From the NCBI RefSeq assembly GCF_009914755.1, contig NC_060929.1: a stretch of DNA of 64,000 nt; one strand, written 5' to 3'. Of this stretch, positions 12,306-25,775 are shown in pieces (the first letter of the stretch is position 1; each line of letters opens with the position of its first letter). A model generated the notes under the pieces. The model saw only the letters and a list, made by a program, of their open reading frames with translations, was not told the origin of the DNA and ran no database searches. This DNA is from the human T2T-CHM13v2.0 reference genome, Homo sapiens. The translations under genes and the position numbers were made by a program.

Positions 12306-13798
12306 TATTGTTAGAAAATTATTTCTCTGAGATTTCACAGTAAGCACCTTTAGTAGCTAAATAATTCCATGTTAGAGGTACATAGTCTTTCCTTTTTCCC
12401 ATTTCCCATAATTACTCATCTATTTTTATTTTTAAATTTTAATTATTCTCTGTCAAATGTGTTGTTGCTATAATATGCTTCCAACCTTTTCAAAAAGTTT
12501 ACAGGGTATAAATTATAAATAAAGACAATGATTGCACCTATATCAAGTATCTCATCTATGAGCTTTTAAATGGACTACTTTTACGTCTATATCCCACCCA
12601 CAGAACAAGAAAGAACTCCTAAATATATATTAACTAGAGAGTAAAACAAAAGGGAATAGAAGAAAACTGATACATGTCATTAAATTGGTCTTATTTGAGA
12701 TGAATATATTGTGCTCGTTTAACTTTTCCTCAGCCCAGAAATGCACATCTTTTAGAGTCACAGTTATTATAGAAATCCTAGTCCAAGCTAGGCAAAAACC
12801 CATGATCTCTAGTGGCATAAATTCAGTGTTCCTCATCCCTCCAAAACAACCAACTTTAGATGCTGCATAAAACAAGATTATAATAATCACGTTTTCTTTT
12901 AGGAATGTAACAGTGACATGAAAGATGCAAAGGAATCAAACTGTCAGGGTCTACCTCCAAACCCCTTCCCCTCTTAGCTAGAAAACATGTTACATCTCTC
13001 AGACTGGGCTTCTGCCAAATCTGCCATGCTTAGCAGTCTTAATTTCTTCTGCTTCTCAGTGACAAGTGACTGGCACCTCCAATGCTTGCAGAGAGAATTT
13101 ATCTTTGCATGGCAGGATAAGTGTATACAATAAGCCAGGACATGAAACACAGATACAAAATGGCGTTGTGTCAGCATTTTTAGTCTTTCCTCCAACCCTA
13201 ACTTTGTCACATCACCTTTGCATTGTCTGCAAGTTCTTGGTTGCCGTCACTACGCTAATTCTGGGCAGCTTCTCTCTGCAATCATGTGACCATATAACTC
13301 CATTATGTGAGGCTACAGATAATAAAATGCTACTATTTATTAATACTCAGGGATACTTTTCCCCTGCATTTCCTGCATTCTTTCAGTGGAATCTTACCCA
13401 CAAGTAGATCCCTGATATCCTTTTACTCTCCTAAGGTAAAGGGAACATCATTCCAGTGATAATATCTGATCTCTCAAGCCCTAAAGAAGTTATTTTCTGG
13501 TAACATAAAAATGGAAAGATATGCCTAATATAAAATGTTAGGCATATTTTAGGATAATATTAGGCATAATATCCAAACATCAAAACAGAGTGTATTAAAT
13601 TCTCACTGAGTCATATTTCTGTTTGTGCAACAGTTTTATAAAATTTATTGTCAACTATACATTATTCAATCCCTAATTCTTTTTTAATTGTCTTCTGGAC
13701 CATATTGCTCTAATATATAAGTAATTTGAGGGTAGGTAGGGTCCATGAATTATATTTCTTATAATAGCCTATAGAGTATTATTCCGTTAGATGTTTAG

Positions 13799-14140
<342 letters not shown>

Positions 14141-15998
14141 GCTCTTTGGTAGAATTTAGATGAATGGAAAGCTTAAATATACGCACATTTTAATTTCAGC
14201 TGATTTGAAAGAATATTCAAACATAAGTCAACTCAGGTGTGCTAAAAAACTTTTTTTAGGTGACAAAGCAGTGAGATTCCAAGTCCTGGTTACCCGTTAA
14301 TAAAACAAGCATTATGTAACAACATGCTTTTCTTCATATATTTACTATAATTCTCGATATCACTCAGAAATATAAACAACCTAGGTATTTCCATATATAT
14401 ATATATTTCTAATGCATAGGAAGATATCAACCTACCTTTAAGAGTTACTTACATATGTATTAATTTAAACACACTTACTGTATTTTTATCTTTATTCTTA
14501 GTCTTTATAGACAATAGAAAGTATATATTATTGTAAAGGGCTATTGGAACTCCATATTTCTGAATTATTACTCACCTACAGCCAAATTAATCAGCTTGCT
14601 CTTTCCTATAAGTAACTTCCTTATCCCTGACTGTTTTTTCACATACGCCTTCTCCGTTTTATCAGTCCTGGAAATGGCTTCAAAACATGACTGAAATCTC
14701 CTTGAGGAGCATAATGTGGAGGTAAGAATGTGGACTTGGCAGCAATATGAACCAGGGTTTAATCTTACCTTTGACTTTTACAAGGCTCTGTAGCCTTGGG
14801 AAATTTATCAACCACCATCTTTTCATATCTGGGTAGGATGGGTCTCATCCTTCCTTTTTACTACCTTAGTCCAAATTGCCTTGGCCAATCTTGGAGTTTC
14901 ATTCTTTCATTTGAATTTTAGACTATATTAATCAGATATATTAAAAAATTGAAAAATTTGTTAGGATTGCATTAATTGATAGAAAAATTGCGAGACAATT
15001 GTCATCTTTATGATATTGACTCCTCCCACCTTCCAACATTATATTTCTCTTCATTTCCTCAGATCTTCTTTTAAAGAGTCTTCAATAAAGTTTTACACAT
15101 TTATCTAAAAAGTTCCTATGCTCCTTTTGTCAGATTTATTTCCAGGTATCTTTTACTTCGTTTGCTATAAAAGTGGCATTTTTTTCCAGTATGTGTGTTT
15201 TTCTTTTGCTTTTTTTGATACTGTACTAGCTGGTCCTCCAACCCAGTGCTAAATAGCAGTAATAAAAACAGGCATCTTTGCCTTCTTTGTGAATTTAGAG
15301 AGTCCTTTTCATTGTGAAATAGAATACTAGGTTAGGTAGTTGATAGATATACTTTATCAGCTTAAGGAATCTCTCTTCTATTCTTAATTTTCTAAAAAGT
15401 ATTAATTTTTTAAAAAAAATTATGAATGGGTGTTGAATATTATCAAATGCCTTTTCTATATTTGTGAGGTGATCAAATTATTTTTTCTTTTTTTATCTGT
15501 TAATATGGTAACATTAATAGATATTCTAATTTTAAACTATTCTTGCATTCTTCGCAGAAGCCCTATCTGACTTTGATTTATTATTTTATTTTTATCTTCT
15601 CCCAGAACAGTTTATATGAAAAATGGGTTATATGTTCTTTGATGGTTTGGTAGATTATGCTGGAAATATACTTTGGTCTAAATGCTGTGTTTTGTGGTTA
15701 GAATAAAGTTTTTTTATGCTTAATTATTATAAGGCTTTTGAATTTTCTGCTTCTAGTTGAGTCATTTTCAGTTAAGTTCTATTTTTTAAAAATATTAAGT
15801 TTTTCAAGTATATTGGCACAAAGTAGTTCATGGAATTCTCATAAAATTCTGCTGCATCAATAGTTATGGCCTTCATTTCTAGAATGATTATTTTTATATT
15901 CTCCTTTTTTCATCAATTTTTCCACAGATTAGTCTATTTTATTAGAAGAAATAGATTTTAATTTTGTTGACTCCATATTTTCTGATTTGATTTGTATC

Positions 15999-16156
15999 AG
16001 ATGATTATATTATTACTTTATATATTTTTCTTTTCTAATATATACATAAAAGGTTGTGAATTTCTGGCCGGGCGTGGTGGATCACGCCTGTAATCCCAGC
16101 ACTTTGGGAGGCCGAGGCGGACGGATCACCTGAGGTCAGGAGTTCGAGACCAGCCT
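15999..16156 (+). repeat. Templated copy of 16597-16754 (67 bp of flank plus first ~91 bp of the Alu)
   Basis: The 67-bp flank is identical to 16597-16663. The Alu portion 16066-16156 stops abruptly with no A-tail. Confidence 0.95.
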
Positions 16157-16214
16157 GGATCCATTTTTGCTCTCATCATTTTTTTTCTCCTTTATTGAGT
16201 TTTGATCTTTCCCT

Positions 16215-16560
16215 ACCTTTGTTGAGATATATTTGAAAAATAAAAACTGTATATATTTAAGGTGTACAACTTGATGTTTTGATACATTGTGAAATAATCA
16301 CAAACTAATTAAAATACCCATCACCTCACATAGTTACCATTATCTTTCTTTTGTATGTGTTTTGTGAGAATACTTAAGACCAACTCTTCAAGCACTTTTC
16401 AAATATACAATATAGTATGTTAACTATAGTCACACTGCTATACATTAGATCTCCAGAAATTATTTGTCTTGCAAAATTCAAACTTTCTACCCTTTGACCA
16501 ACATCTCTCCATTCCCCTTCCCCCAGCCCCCAGCAACTATTCACAATAGCCAATATATGG
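16215..16560 (-). mobile_element. L1MA-type 3' end (L1MA8/9-like)
   Basis: 'atatttaaggtgtacaacttgatgttttgataca', 'ttaactatagtcac..tgctatacattagatctccaga', C-rich tract at 16514-16531. Confidence 0.85.
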
Positions 16561-16663
16561 GTTTAATTTCCTTTTTATTTTTCTAACTTTTGGGTTAGAT
16601 GATTATATTATTACTTTATATATTTTTCTTTTCTAATATATACATAAAAGGTTGTGAATTTCT

Positions 16664-16952
<289 letters not shown>

Positions 16953-17699
16953 TAGGTTGTGAATTTCACTCTAAGAACCAGTTTAGTTTCATCACACATG
17001 TTTTGATATCTACTTTTGCTGTCCATTACTTTTTCTTTGATGCAAGAAATATTGCAATTTTTGACTTCCTTCATTTTTATTTTTCTGTATTTTATTTATT
17101 CTATTTTTTCACATTACAAATAAGGAATTTGTTGTGTATAATATGTGTTACTTAGTATTTGTTGAGATTTGCTATGTGACATAACATGCAATCAATATTT
17201 AAATATGCTTCAAGTGTTTTGAGAAAAATGAGTGTCTTGATTTGGGGAAGCAGGATTTTGTATTCTATATTATCATCAAGCTTGTTTATTGTCTTGTCAA
17301 ATCATACATACCCTTACTAATTTTCTAACTTTATGATCTAGCACACAATATGAGAATTAAGGTAGAAATAGTTCTCAACTAAAATTGTGGATTTAGTTAT
17401 TAAAATGCAATAAGCTTTTACTTTATATATTTTGGGGCTATTTTGGTGGTTGTATGCAGCTTTGGAGTTCTTAGAGCTATTAAATACTTGGTAAATCTTT
17501 CTTTTAATCATTGTATAGTAATCATCTTTCTCTTGTTATAATGCTTTTTGCATCACAGTTTGTGTGATATTAATATAACCACACCAAATTTCTGTTAGTA
17601 TTTACTTAGTATATCTTTCCCTCCCTTTACTTTCAACCTTTTTGTGTTTTCATGACTCCAGTGTGTCTCATATAATATAAAAGTGAATCTGTCTCTTGT

Positions 17700-18720
17700 C
17701 TTTTTTTTTTCTTTCTGGAATAGACTTTCAGAACAGTTTTAAGTTTCCAGGAAAATTAAGCATAAGGTGCACAGATTTCCCATATACCTGCTTCCCCAGT
17801 ACATGCACACTCTTTCCCATTATCAATATCCCCACCAGAGTGGCACATTTGTTACAAGTGATGAACCTGTATTGACACCTTATTATCACCCAAAGTCCAT
17901 AGTTCACATTAGCATTTTCTCTTTGTATTATACATTCTATGGGTTTGGACAAATGTATAATGACATTTATCTACCACTATAGTATCATACAGAGTAGTTT
18001 TACTGCCCTAAAAATCCTCTGTGCTCTGTCTATTCATCCGTTTCTCCTTTCTAACCCCTGGCCAACACTGATCTTTTTACTGTTTTCATAATTTTGTCGT
18101 TTTTAGAATGTCACATAGTTGGAATTAAAAAGTATGGAGGCTTTTTGTACTGGCTTCTTTCCCTTAGTAATATGCATCTAAGTTTCTTCGATGTGTTTTC
18201 ATAGCTTGATAGCTCATTTCATTTTAGCACTGAATAATATTTTATTGTCTGGATGTACCACAGTTTACTTTGTTGCTTCCAAGTTTGGACAACTATGAAT
18301 AAAGCTGCTATAAACATCCATGTGCAGGTTTTCATGTAGACATAAGTTTTCAATATCTTTGGGTAAATGCCGAGGAATGTGATTGCTGGATTGTATGATA
18401 AGAGTATGCTTAGTTTTGGGAGAAACTGCCCAGCTGTCTTTCAAAGTGGCTGTTCCATTTTACATTCCCACGAGCAATGAATGAGAGCTCCTGTTGCTCC
18501 ACATCTTCAATATTTGGTATTGTCAGTGTTCTGGATTTGGGTCATTCTAATAGGTATGTAGTGGTATCTCATTGTTGTTTTAGTTTACATTTTTCTGACT
18601 TATGATGTGGAGCATCTTTTCATATGCTTATTTTTCATCTGTATAGTTTCTTTGGTGAGGGGTGGGTTAAGGCCTTTGGCTCATTTATTTTAATAGAGTT
18701 GTTTCTTAATTGTATTTTAA
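17700..18720 (-). mobile_element. L1MC1-like 3' end
   Basis: 'ccccaccagagtggcacatttgttac..gatgaacct', 'ttatcacccaaagtccatagtt', 'aaagctgctataaacatccatgtgcaggtt'. Confidence 0.85.
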
Positions 18721-20676
18721 TTTGTTTATATTAATTATATCAATGAATTTGAATTTATTCTTACCATCTCATTTATGCTTTCCAATTGCCATATGTTTTT
18801 CTTTCTTATTTTATTCTTTTCTGCCTACTTCTGTATTAATCATGCCTGCTTTATTTCTCTTTTTTACTTCTAGTGGCTTGGGAAGGTATACATTCTAGTT
18901 CTATTTTTAGTCTTTATCCTTCATATGTTAACAAAGCTACTTAGTTTGACAGTCTAAATATAATGTTTTTACCCTTTTCTTGAAAAACATAATGATATGA
19001 TTAAAATAATTATCCCTTTCCACTGCCATGTTATTACTGTCTAGAATTTTATTTCTACTTTGCTTTTAATTCTCTGCCCAAATGAATTATCAAGCTTTAC
19101 AGTTCATATTCATTTAGATTTACATACATATTTATTAATTCATTTGCTTACCATTACTTCTTGCATCCCATTCCTTCTTAGTTTTCTTCTTTTTAAGGTA
19201 GTTTATTTGAGGAGGATTGCTGAGTGATCAGTTCTCTCAGTTTTTATTTTTTCTGAAAATGTCTATATTTTGTGCTCATTTAATAATAATCTATCTAAAT
19301 AGAGAATTCTAGAATGACTATTATTGGTATCAGTATTTCACAGGTATATTTTACTCTTTTCTGATCACTAATGATTTTGAGAATTCTGCTAATTGATTTT
19401 ATTCTTTATAAATTATCAATCTCTCCTTTCTTGTTGCTATTAAGACTTTTCCCTTTGCTGATTTGCAATTACACTACAATGTTTCCATGTGGATAAATTT
19501 TTTGTTTTCCTTCTCAGTGTCCATGGGAGTTATTCAATATGACAATTCATGTTTCTAATTAAATCTGGAAAATTTTCAGACATGATTTCTTTCAATATTT
19601 CCCACTCCCTATCTTCTGTTTCTTTCTTGCAAATCCTATTAGCTCTACTCATGACTCTTATCCTCTAGTTTGTATTCCATCCCTTTCCCTCAGAGTTAGA
19701 GTCTGGTTAGTTTTCTCAGCTCTGTTTTCTAGTTCATTAAATTCCTTCAACTGTGTCTAATCTGCTATTTACCCAGTCCACTGTATTTTAAATTCAGTGA
19801 AGAAGACTTGCATATATAGAAGTTTCAAAAAATATTTTTAGTATTTTCTTTATCCTTTCAAGTGACACTTTACTCTTTCCTTTGGCTTCTAAACATTATT
19901 TTACTCTCCTTAATAATTTTATGTACACTTATGTGAATGTCTGTATTAGATGTTTTATCTATTAATTCAAGTTTTGTGGTTGCTAATGTTCCAGCAGACT
20001 TATCAGTCTGCTGCCTAATATTCACAGAACATAGTTTCCACATATGTTCTGGAACTTTTTGCTGGGAGGTCATTTTAAGTAAGCATTGCTTTTAAGGAAA
20101 TCTTGACTTCCTTTTCTGCCAGACTCTGGGTGGTTGAACTGTCGCTTCCAAACAGTGTGACATTTCCTTCTTCCATTCACTCCACAAGTATCATTCACAT
20201 GGGAACAACTCTTATGGTGATTTCTCAGCCTACAATTGAAGCACCACTAGCAAGAATAAATTTGAGCCCCAACACCATCAAAGGCACATGGGAAACATAT
20301 TTTTTAATGTAATCAAAATCAGAACAGAAACAAACACCTTGCATTTCTACCAAAACAGGTGAATACATTTAGTCCCTCTTAGGGGAGCCACCCTGTAAAT
20401 TTCCCATCTCTAGTGAGGGATCTCAGTTCCCATTTCCCACTTTCTTTGGGACTTCTTTGAGTCCCTCAACTTGTGCTGTCGCCCTGGGAAGGCATTAAAA
20501 CCTAAACTTTGTCTCTCTCCCCACACCTTGTACCCCAACTATCATGGCATAAATGAAAGCCAGTTCCTCTGGCATTCAGATCCCTTTCTGCCTCTAGCAC
20601 ACAGGAATTTCTTTATCTTTCTTATAAGCTCAGACATGTATTAAAAATATTATTTCAACCAGTATCCCTTGGTATT

Positions 20677-20776
20677 TATTATGTACTGAATTGTATTCCC
20701 CCTCAAATTCATATGTTGAAGCCCTAACCCCCAGTACCTCAGAATAGGGTCTTTAAAGAGGTGATTAAGTTAAAAT

Positions 20777-20811
<35 letters not shown>

Positions 20812-21073
20812 GGTGGGCCCTAATCCAATCTGTCATTATAAGAAGAGGAAATTTGGACACAAAAAGAGACACCAGGGGCGTATGTACACAGAGAAAAGAT
20901 CACGTGAGGACACAGAGAGGTCTGCAAACCAAGAAGAGAAGCCTCAGAAGAAACAAAACCAGCCAACCCCTTGATCTTGGACTTGTAGCTTCCAGAATTG
21001 TGAGGAAATAAATTTCTGTTTTAAAGCCACTCCATTTTTGTTATTTTGTTATGGCAGCCCTAGCACACTAATA
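20677..21073 (+). mobile_element. MLT1B-like MaLR solo LTR with internal T30 run
   Basis: 'aaattcatatgttgaagccctaacccccagtacctcagaat', 'aaataaatttctgtt', 'ttatggcagccctagca'. Degenerate 5-bp TSD gtatt/gtgtt. Confidence 0.88.
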
Positions 21074-22454
21074 GTGTTTTACCACAGGAGTCTCCAACTT
21101 AAAATTTTTCAAAACCTTTTTCAACTTTTAAAATCAGTCCCTTCATCTTCCCTATTTCCACCTCATTAACATTTAGTGCATTTTTCCACACAGAGAAAAT
21201 GTTTTAGAGACGCTTCATGCACTGTTAAAAAACAAATAGATGCTGAGGAAAGGTGGTTTAACAAAATAGTTTCACAGTAAAATAAATGGGATGAGGTAAA
21301 ATAACTGCCAGTTTTAACCATAGACTATTTCAAAGACTCCCTGAGTCCAGATTATTTCCAGATACTGGAATAGTCAGACTACGGACTGACTTGGAGGAAC
21401 TGGAAGACACGGCATCTATTTTGAAGACGTGTTGCTTCCTGGAAGTTTTCGCAATATTTATACTGCCCAGGATGTATCCAAGAAGCCAAACTTTGGGAGT
21501 ACTAAACTCTCAAAGGAGAAATCACCCATCCTCTCAGGTTAAGCATATTGTCAATCACTAAAACAAAAATGAGATGTTACTTAGTGAAAATTTATACCAC
21601 CAAGAGAAGTCAATGGCTCCATGATCAGTTTCATTCCAATGTTTGCTTACAAAGGACAAAGTGATCTTCCAATAAAGTCAGAAATGGATGAGACTGAAAA
21701 CTCAACAGAATAGGACAAAGACAACACTGCTACTGGGGATGGGGGAAGGGCACATTCAGTATCAGGAGATTCTCTGCTATGAGGGGAATCAGGGGAGGGA
21801 GGGAGAGAAGGCGGAGGAGAGAGAGAGAGAGACATTAATAATGTTATGTTGTATTACCTTAGCAATGTACTTGATCCAATTGAGTTGCAAAGATTGATTA
21901 AACAGGACTATAGGCCAAATTAAGGAAAACCTTATGGATTTGTGTCTTATAGGACTGGGATTTCTACGTCACTGAATTCATGTTCAAAATCATCTTGAAT
22001 GTGGATATGTATTAATATGATTTCAAATAAAAAGGCACAGTTGGTTTATTGGAAATGGATGCTATGCTTTAGGAAGTAAATGCTCTTGAAAGAGAAAAAG
22101 AAAGAAATATAGAAATATGATAAGGAGGGAGGATGGAAAAAGAGAAAAAGGAATGACGAAGGTAGGAATTCAGATCTGAGACAGTTTTATAAGGGATAAC
22201 ATCTATTCACACCCAAACTAATTTAAAATCTATAGGTCATTTGAAGAGTCAGATAAGGTATAGTTTTAACTTATGTTTAGTGTTCTTATTTAGCACCAAT
22301 TAAAATATTATATTTTTAGAAAAATATTCAGCTTCTAACCAACCTTGATGCCCCTGGAAACACCTATTTATATAGCAGAGCAAAGCAAATGCCAAAGATG
22401 AAGCCTAATGCCAAGTTACCAAGGCATCTCCCAATGATCTAAAACAAAAGGGCA

Positions 22455-22660
22455 AATTGAGTTTGAACCCTACTTTGCTGCTTGCTAGATGTGCAAGCTT
22501 GAACAAGTTGCTTAACCTCTCTGTGCTTTAGTTGCGTCAACTCCATCATAGTAACAATAATAGCACCTATCCCACAGGGTAGTTATTAATTGAATGAGTT
22601 TTATTTGTAAAGCACTTCTAACAGTTCCTAGTATATAGAAAATGCTATATAACTGTATGT
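22455..22660 (+). mobile_element. MIR SINE
   Basis: 'aacaagttgcttaacctctctgtgctttagtt', 'aataatagcacctatcccacagggt', 'tgtaaagcactt'. Confidence 0.8.
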
Positions 22661-25569
22661 AAATATAGTAAATACATACATTTTATTAATTTGCTTTCCA
22701 TGAGAGAGGAATGAGTTCAAGAAAAGGGGAATTGAATAGTTGCTTGGAACCCTGATAGGGTTAGATTATAAAGCCAAAATAGTAAAATCATAAAGAATTG
22801 ACCTGTCTGTAGTTTTCCAGGGTTAAATATGAAACAGCACTAATTCAATTTATTGAAAATAGGTGTAGCTTGAAGGAACAAAAATTTCCACATCTTCTTC
22901 TGAGATCAGGGCTTAATGAGGCCGAGAATATTTAGGAAAGATACAAAATGCTTCACAAGCATGGTTGGAGTTTCGCTTGCCTCTCTACTTGGGCCTTCAT
23001 CTGTCCAGAATCAACTTAAAAAACCTGGAAGGGAATTCTGTGACCCAGTGTAAGCACTCATGCCCAGGGAACTTATTATTTAGTGTCATTCCCTAGTTTC
23101 TCTTCTGAATCCCTTCCAGGGGTCAGAGTAGTAATTAGCGCTGGCATAATTTGAGGATATAAATTATTCGAAAGCTTTTGGGGGAAATAAAACTTTTACA
23201 TTATAAATATTATTCTTTAAAAGTTATTGCCAATTATAAAGAAAATAGAAAAGTCACAAGGAAAAACAGGAGAATTTGATTCCTGAAACTTCTGTAGCCA
23301 CAGCCCATCAAAATGTTTCCATCTGCTGCTTAACCAAACTAATTTGGAAAAGTATTCTTTCCCAGCTTTGAGCTGACCAATTGGTCATCCTCTAATGGGG
23401 TATTTGACAAAATTGTCTTGGAAACATGTGAGAAAGGAATTCTTTACTGAGAAACTTATTATACAATGAGCACAAATCACCTAGCAGATGCACAGAACGT
23501 CAGAGTTAGAGAGGATCCATGCCAATTTTCTGGGCTGACCTCATCAGTCTCCTTCCATAGAGGGATTTTATCTCTAACTGTCGATGTTTCTAAATTCCAA
23601 GCACTAGATTTTGGATTATCGCTTAAAATTTTGTTTAATTAAAAAGTGGTTATAGATAGAACCACTGGCCTATTCTCTGTTTTGAATAGGAATGAGACTT
23701 TGCTTTTAATTTACACTCCTCTGAATATACATTAGAGGTTATGCTAAGGGTTTGCAAAGTTAAAAGACACACTAAGTATACAAAATTTTTGATATTTTGA
23801 CTTACACATTCTTATGTATTACTTAGTGATGACTTTTGTGTTAGGTTACAGATTTATTCATACAACACAATCACTTTCATGATGAATTTATCCTACATTT
23901 TCATGCCAAAGTGGATCACTTCACGGACAGGTTCTAGAAATTATCAGCATGAATTGGGAGGGAAAATACTCACTAGATATTACATTATATAGCTGTTTGC
24001 TTATGTATATATATCACCTTTTTGTTCTTCATTCAAAAATAAAAGTAGCATAACAAGTCCAATTATCTGTTTTATTTGATTGTTTTCAGATTAAATGTGG
24101 AGTATTTTACATTAAATCCCACAGAGGGAGGTCTCATTGACCTGGCTGTCTTGCTGAGCCATTACTCATAAATCTCTAATCAAGACAAGTTTTTAAAGTG
24201 AGACACAGTTAATTTCAGAATTCAAATCACACTTTATTTTTAGAAATGTAGGAGGGGAAATGGTGGTGTGATTACCTCCAATTTCAAGCCATTCTCCTGC
24301 AACTTGTCCATGATAGGTGCTAGGCCCATGAGGTTTGCTGGACCTACAAGAGCCCCAGGCAGCCATGTGGGACCTTGAGCAAGAGGACCACGCAGGAGAA
24401 GCTAGTTAGGGAATGAGAAGAATGGAGGAGACAGAAGACCAAGCAGAGGTGAGAGGCCTTCCATCTTGGAGACAAGAGAGCCTTTTTCCAACTCTCTAAT
24501 GTCCACGACAAGGGACCCAGCTTTTTCTGGTTTCTTGCCCTCAGATACTGGGAAATTGTTTAAATAGACTTTACAATCCAGGATAAATTACGACTTAAAG
24601 AAGCCTCCCATCTTGAATAATATTACTGTCCTCCCTCTCCCTACTACGTAATTCAAAATAAGCTTAATGCACAAATTGCAATTATCATACTTGTGCTAAT
24701 CGAGCTTCTTTCTAAATGCACTATTTGTGAAATTCAGGTAAGTTTATCGAAGCTTTAAAAACCCTGTATTTCTTTGGCTATCACTGTTTTTCTGCTGTCC
24801 AGCATGGGTTTATTCAGCAGATAAAGGAAAGTAAGAAGGGGATGAAAGTGGATGGGGGGATGGAGAAGATGTACTGCATTGAGGTTGTTCATTCCTTATT
24901 TGATAGGGTCTTAAAACGTTTAGTGATAAACTGCATGTTATTCTTTTAATGTCTTCCCTAAAAGTTATGTTAAAACTGTCTTTTCCAAAGTACAACCTGC
25001 CAGAGAAAAGCACATAAGAGAGCCAGCTTCCAAGAGGAAGGGCACCATGTTGTAATGCCTGAGCACCCAGAGGAACATGCCAATCAATGTGTAAGAGATA
25101 TTTGCTGAGTAAATAAATAGGAGCAAGAACATTCTGTTTATTTAATAATGCAACTAACAGATAAAAGAAAAAAGTGAGGTCAACCAATCTTTTGCCTCAA
25201 ATAAATAGCCATTCTTGACAGGTTTTCTGGATATGTTCGTTGAACTGACCTATTTACAGGTTGAATAGACTGATGGACCTTTTCTTTTCCTGGGAAAGGA
25301 CAAAAAGGGCCTATACACTCTGTCCACATCTCAGTCTGTCTTGTCTGCTGTTTTCTTTTGGCCCAGAACCAGTTTCTTATGTCACGAAGAACTTGACCTT
25401 AATTTCAAGGTCCTGGAACAGCGAGCAGGTGAGGTCAGAATGCTGCACACCTGGAGCTCTGTTCAATTAGCCGGTGCAGAGGCCAGCTTTCTCCACCACA
25501 TGGCAGAGGAGCTCAGAAGTAGCATTCAGGGCACAAGCTGCCTTTCTTGCCTTTGTGGCTACTCATCTG

Positions 25570-25775
25570 CTGGAGTCAGACCAGGATGAGAATTTGGACT
25601 GCTACTTACCAACTGGGTAGCCTTGGGCAAGTCTTAGACTCTCTGAGCCTCAAAGCCTACACTCTAAGTGAAAATAATGACACTAACCTCATCTCCTGTT
25701 TGAGGATTTTATGATAATAAGTTCCTAGTGCTCATAATGTGAAATGCAATCAGTGTTCATTAAATGATATTTATG
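25570..25775 (+). mobile_element. MIR SINE
   Basis: 'tggagtcagacc', 'ccttgggcaagtc..actctctgagcctca'. Confidence 0.7.

Noticed and set aside
14665-14726. Apparent 56-nt exon ending GAG/gtaaga
   Set aside because: The donor lies in a MIR 5' end ('gtggttaagag' consensus), so the motif is repeat-derived and unsupported.
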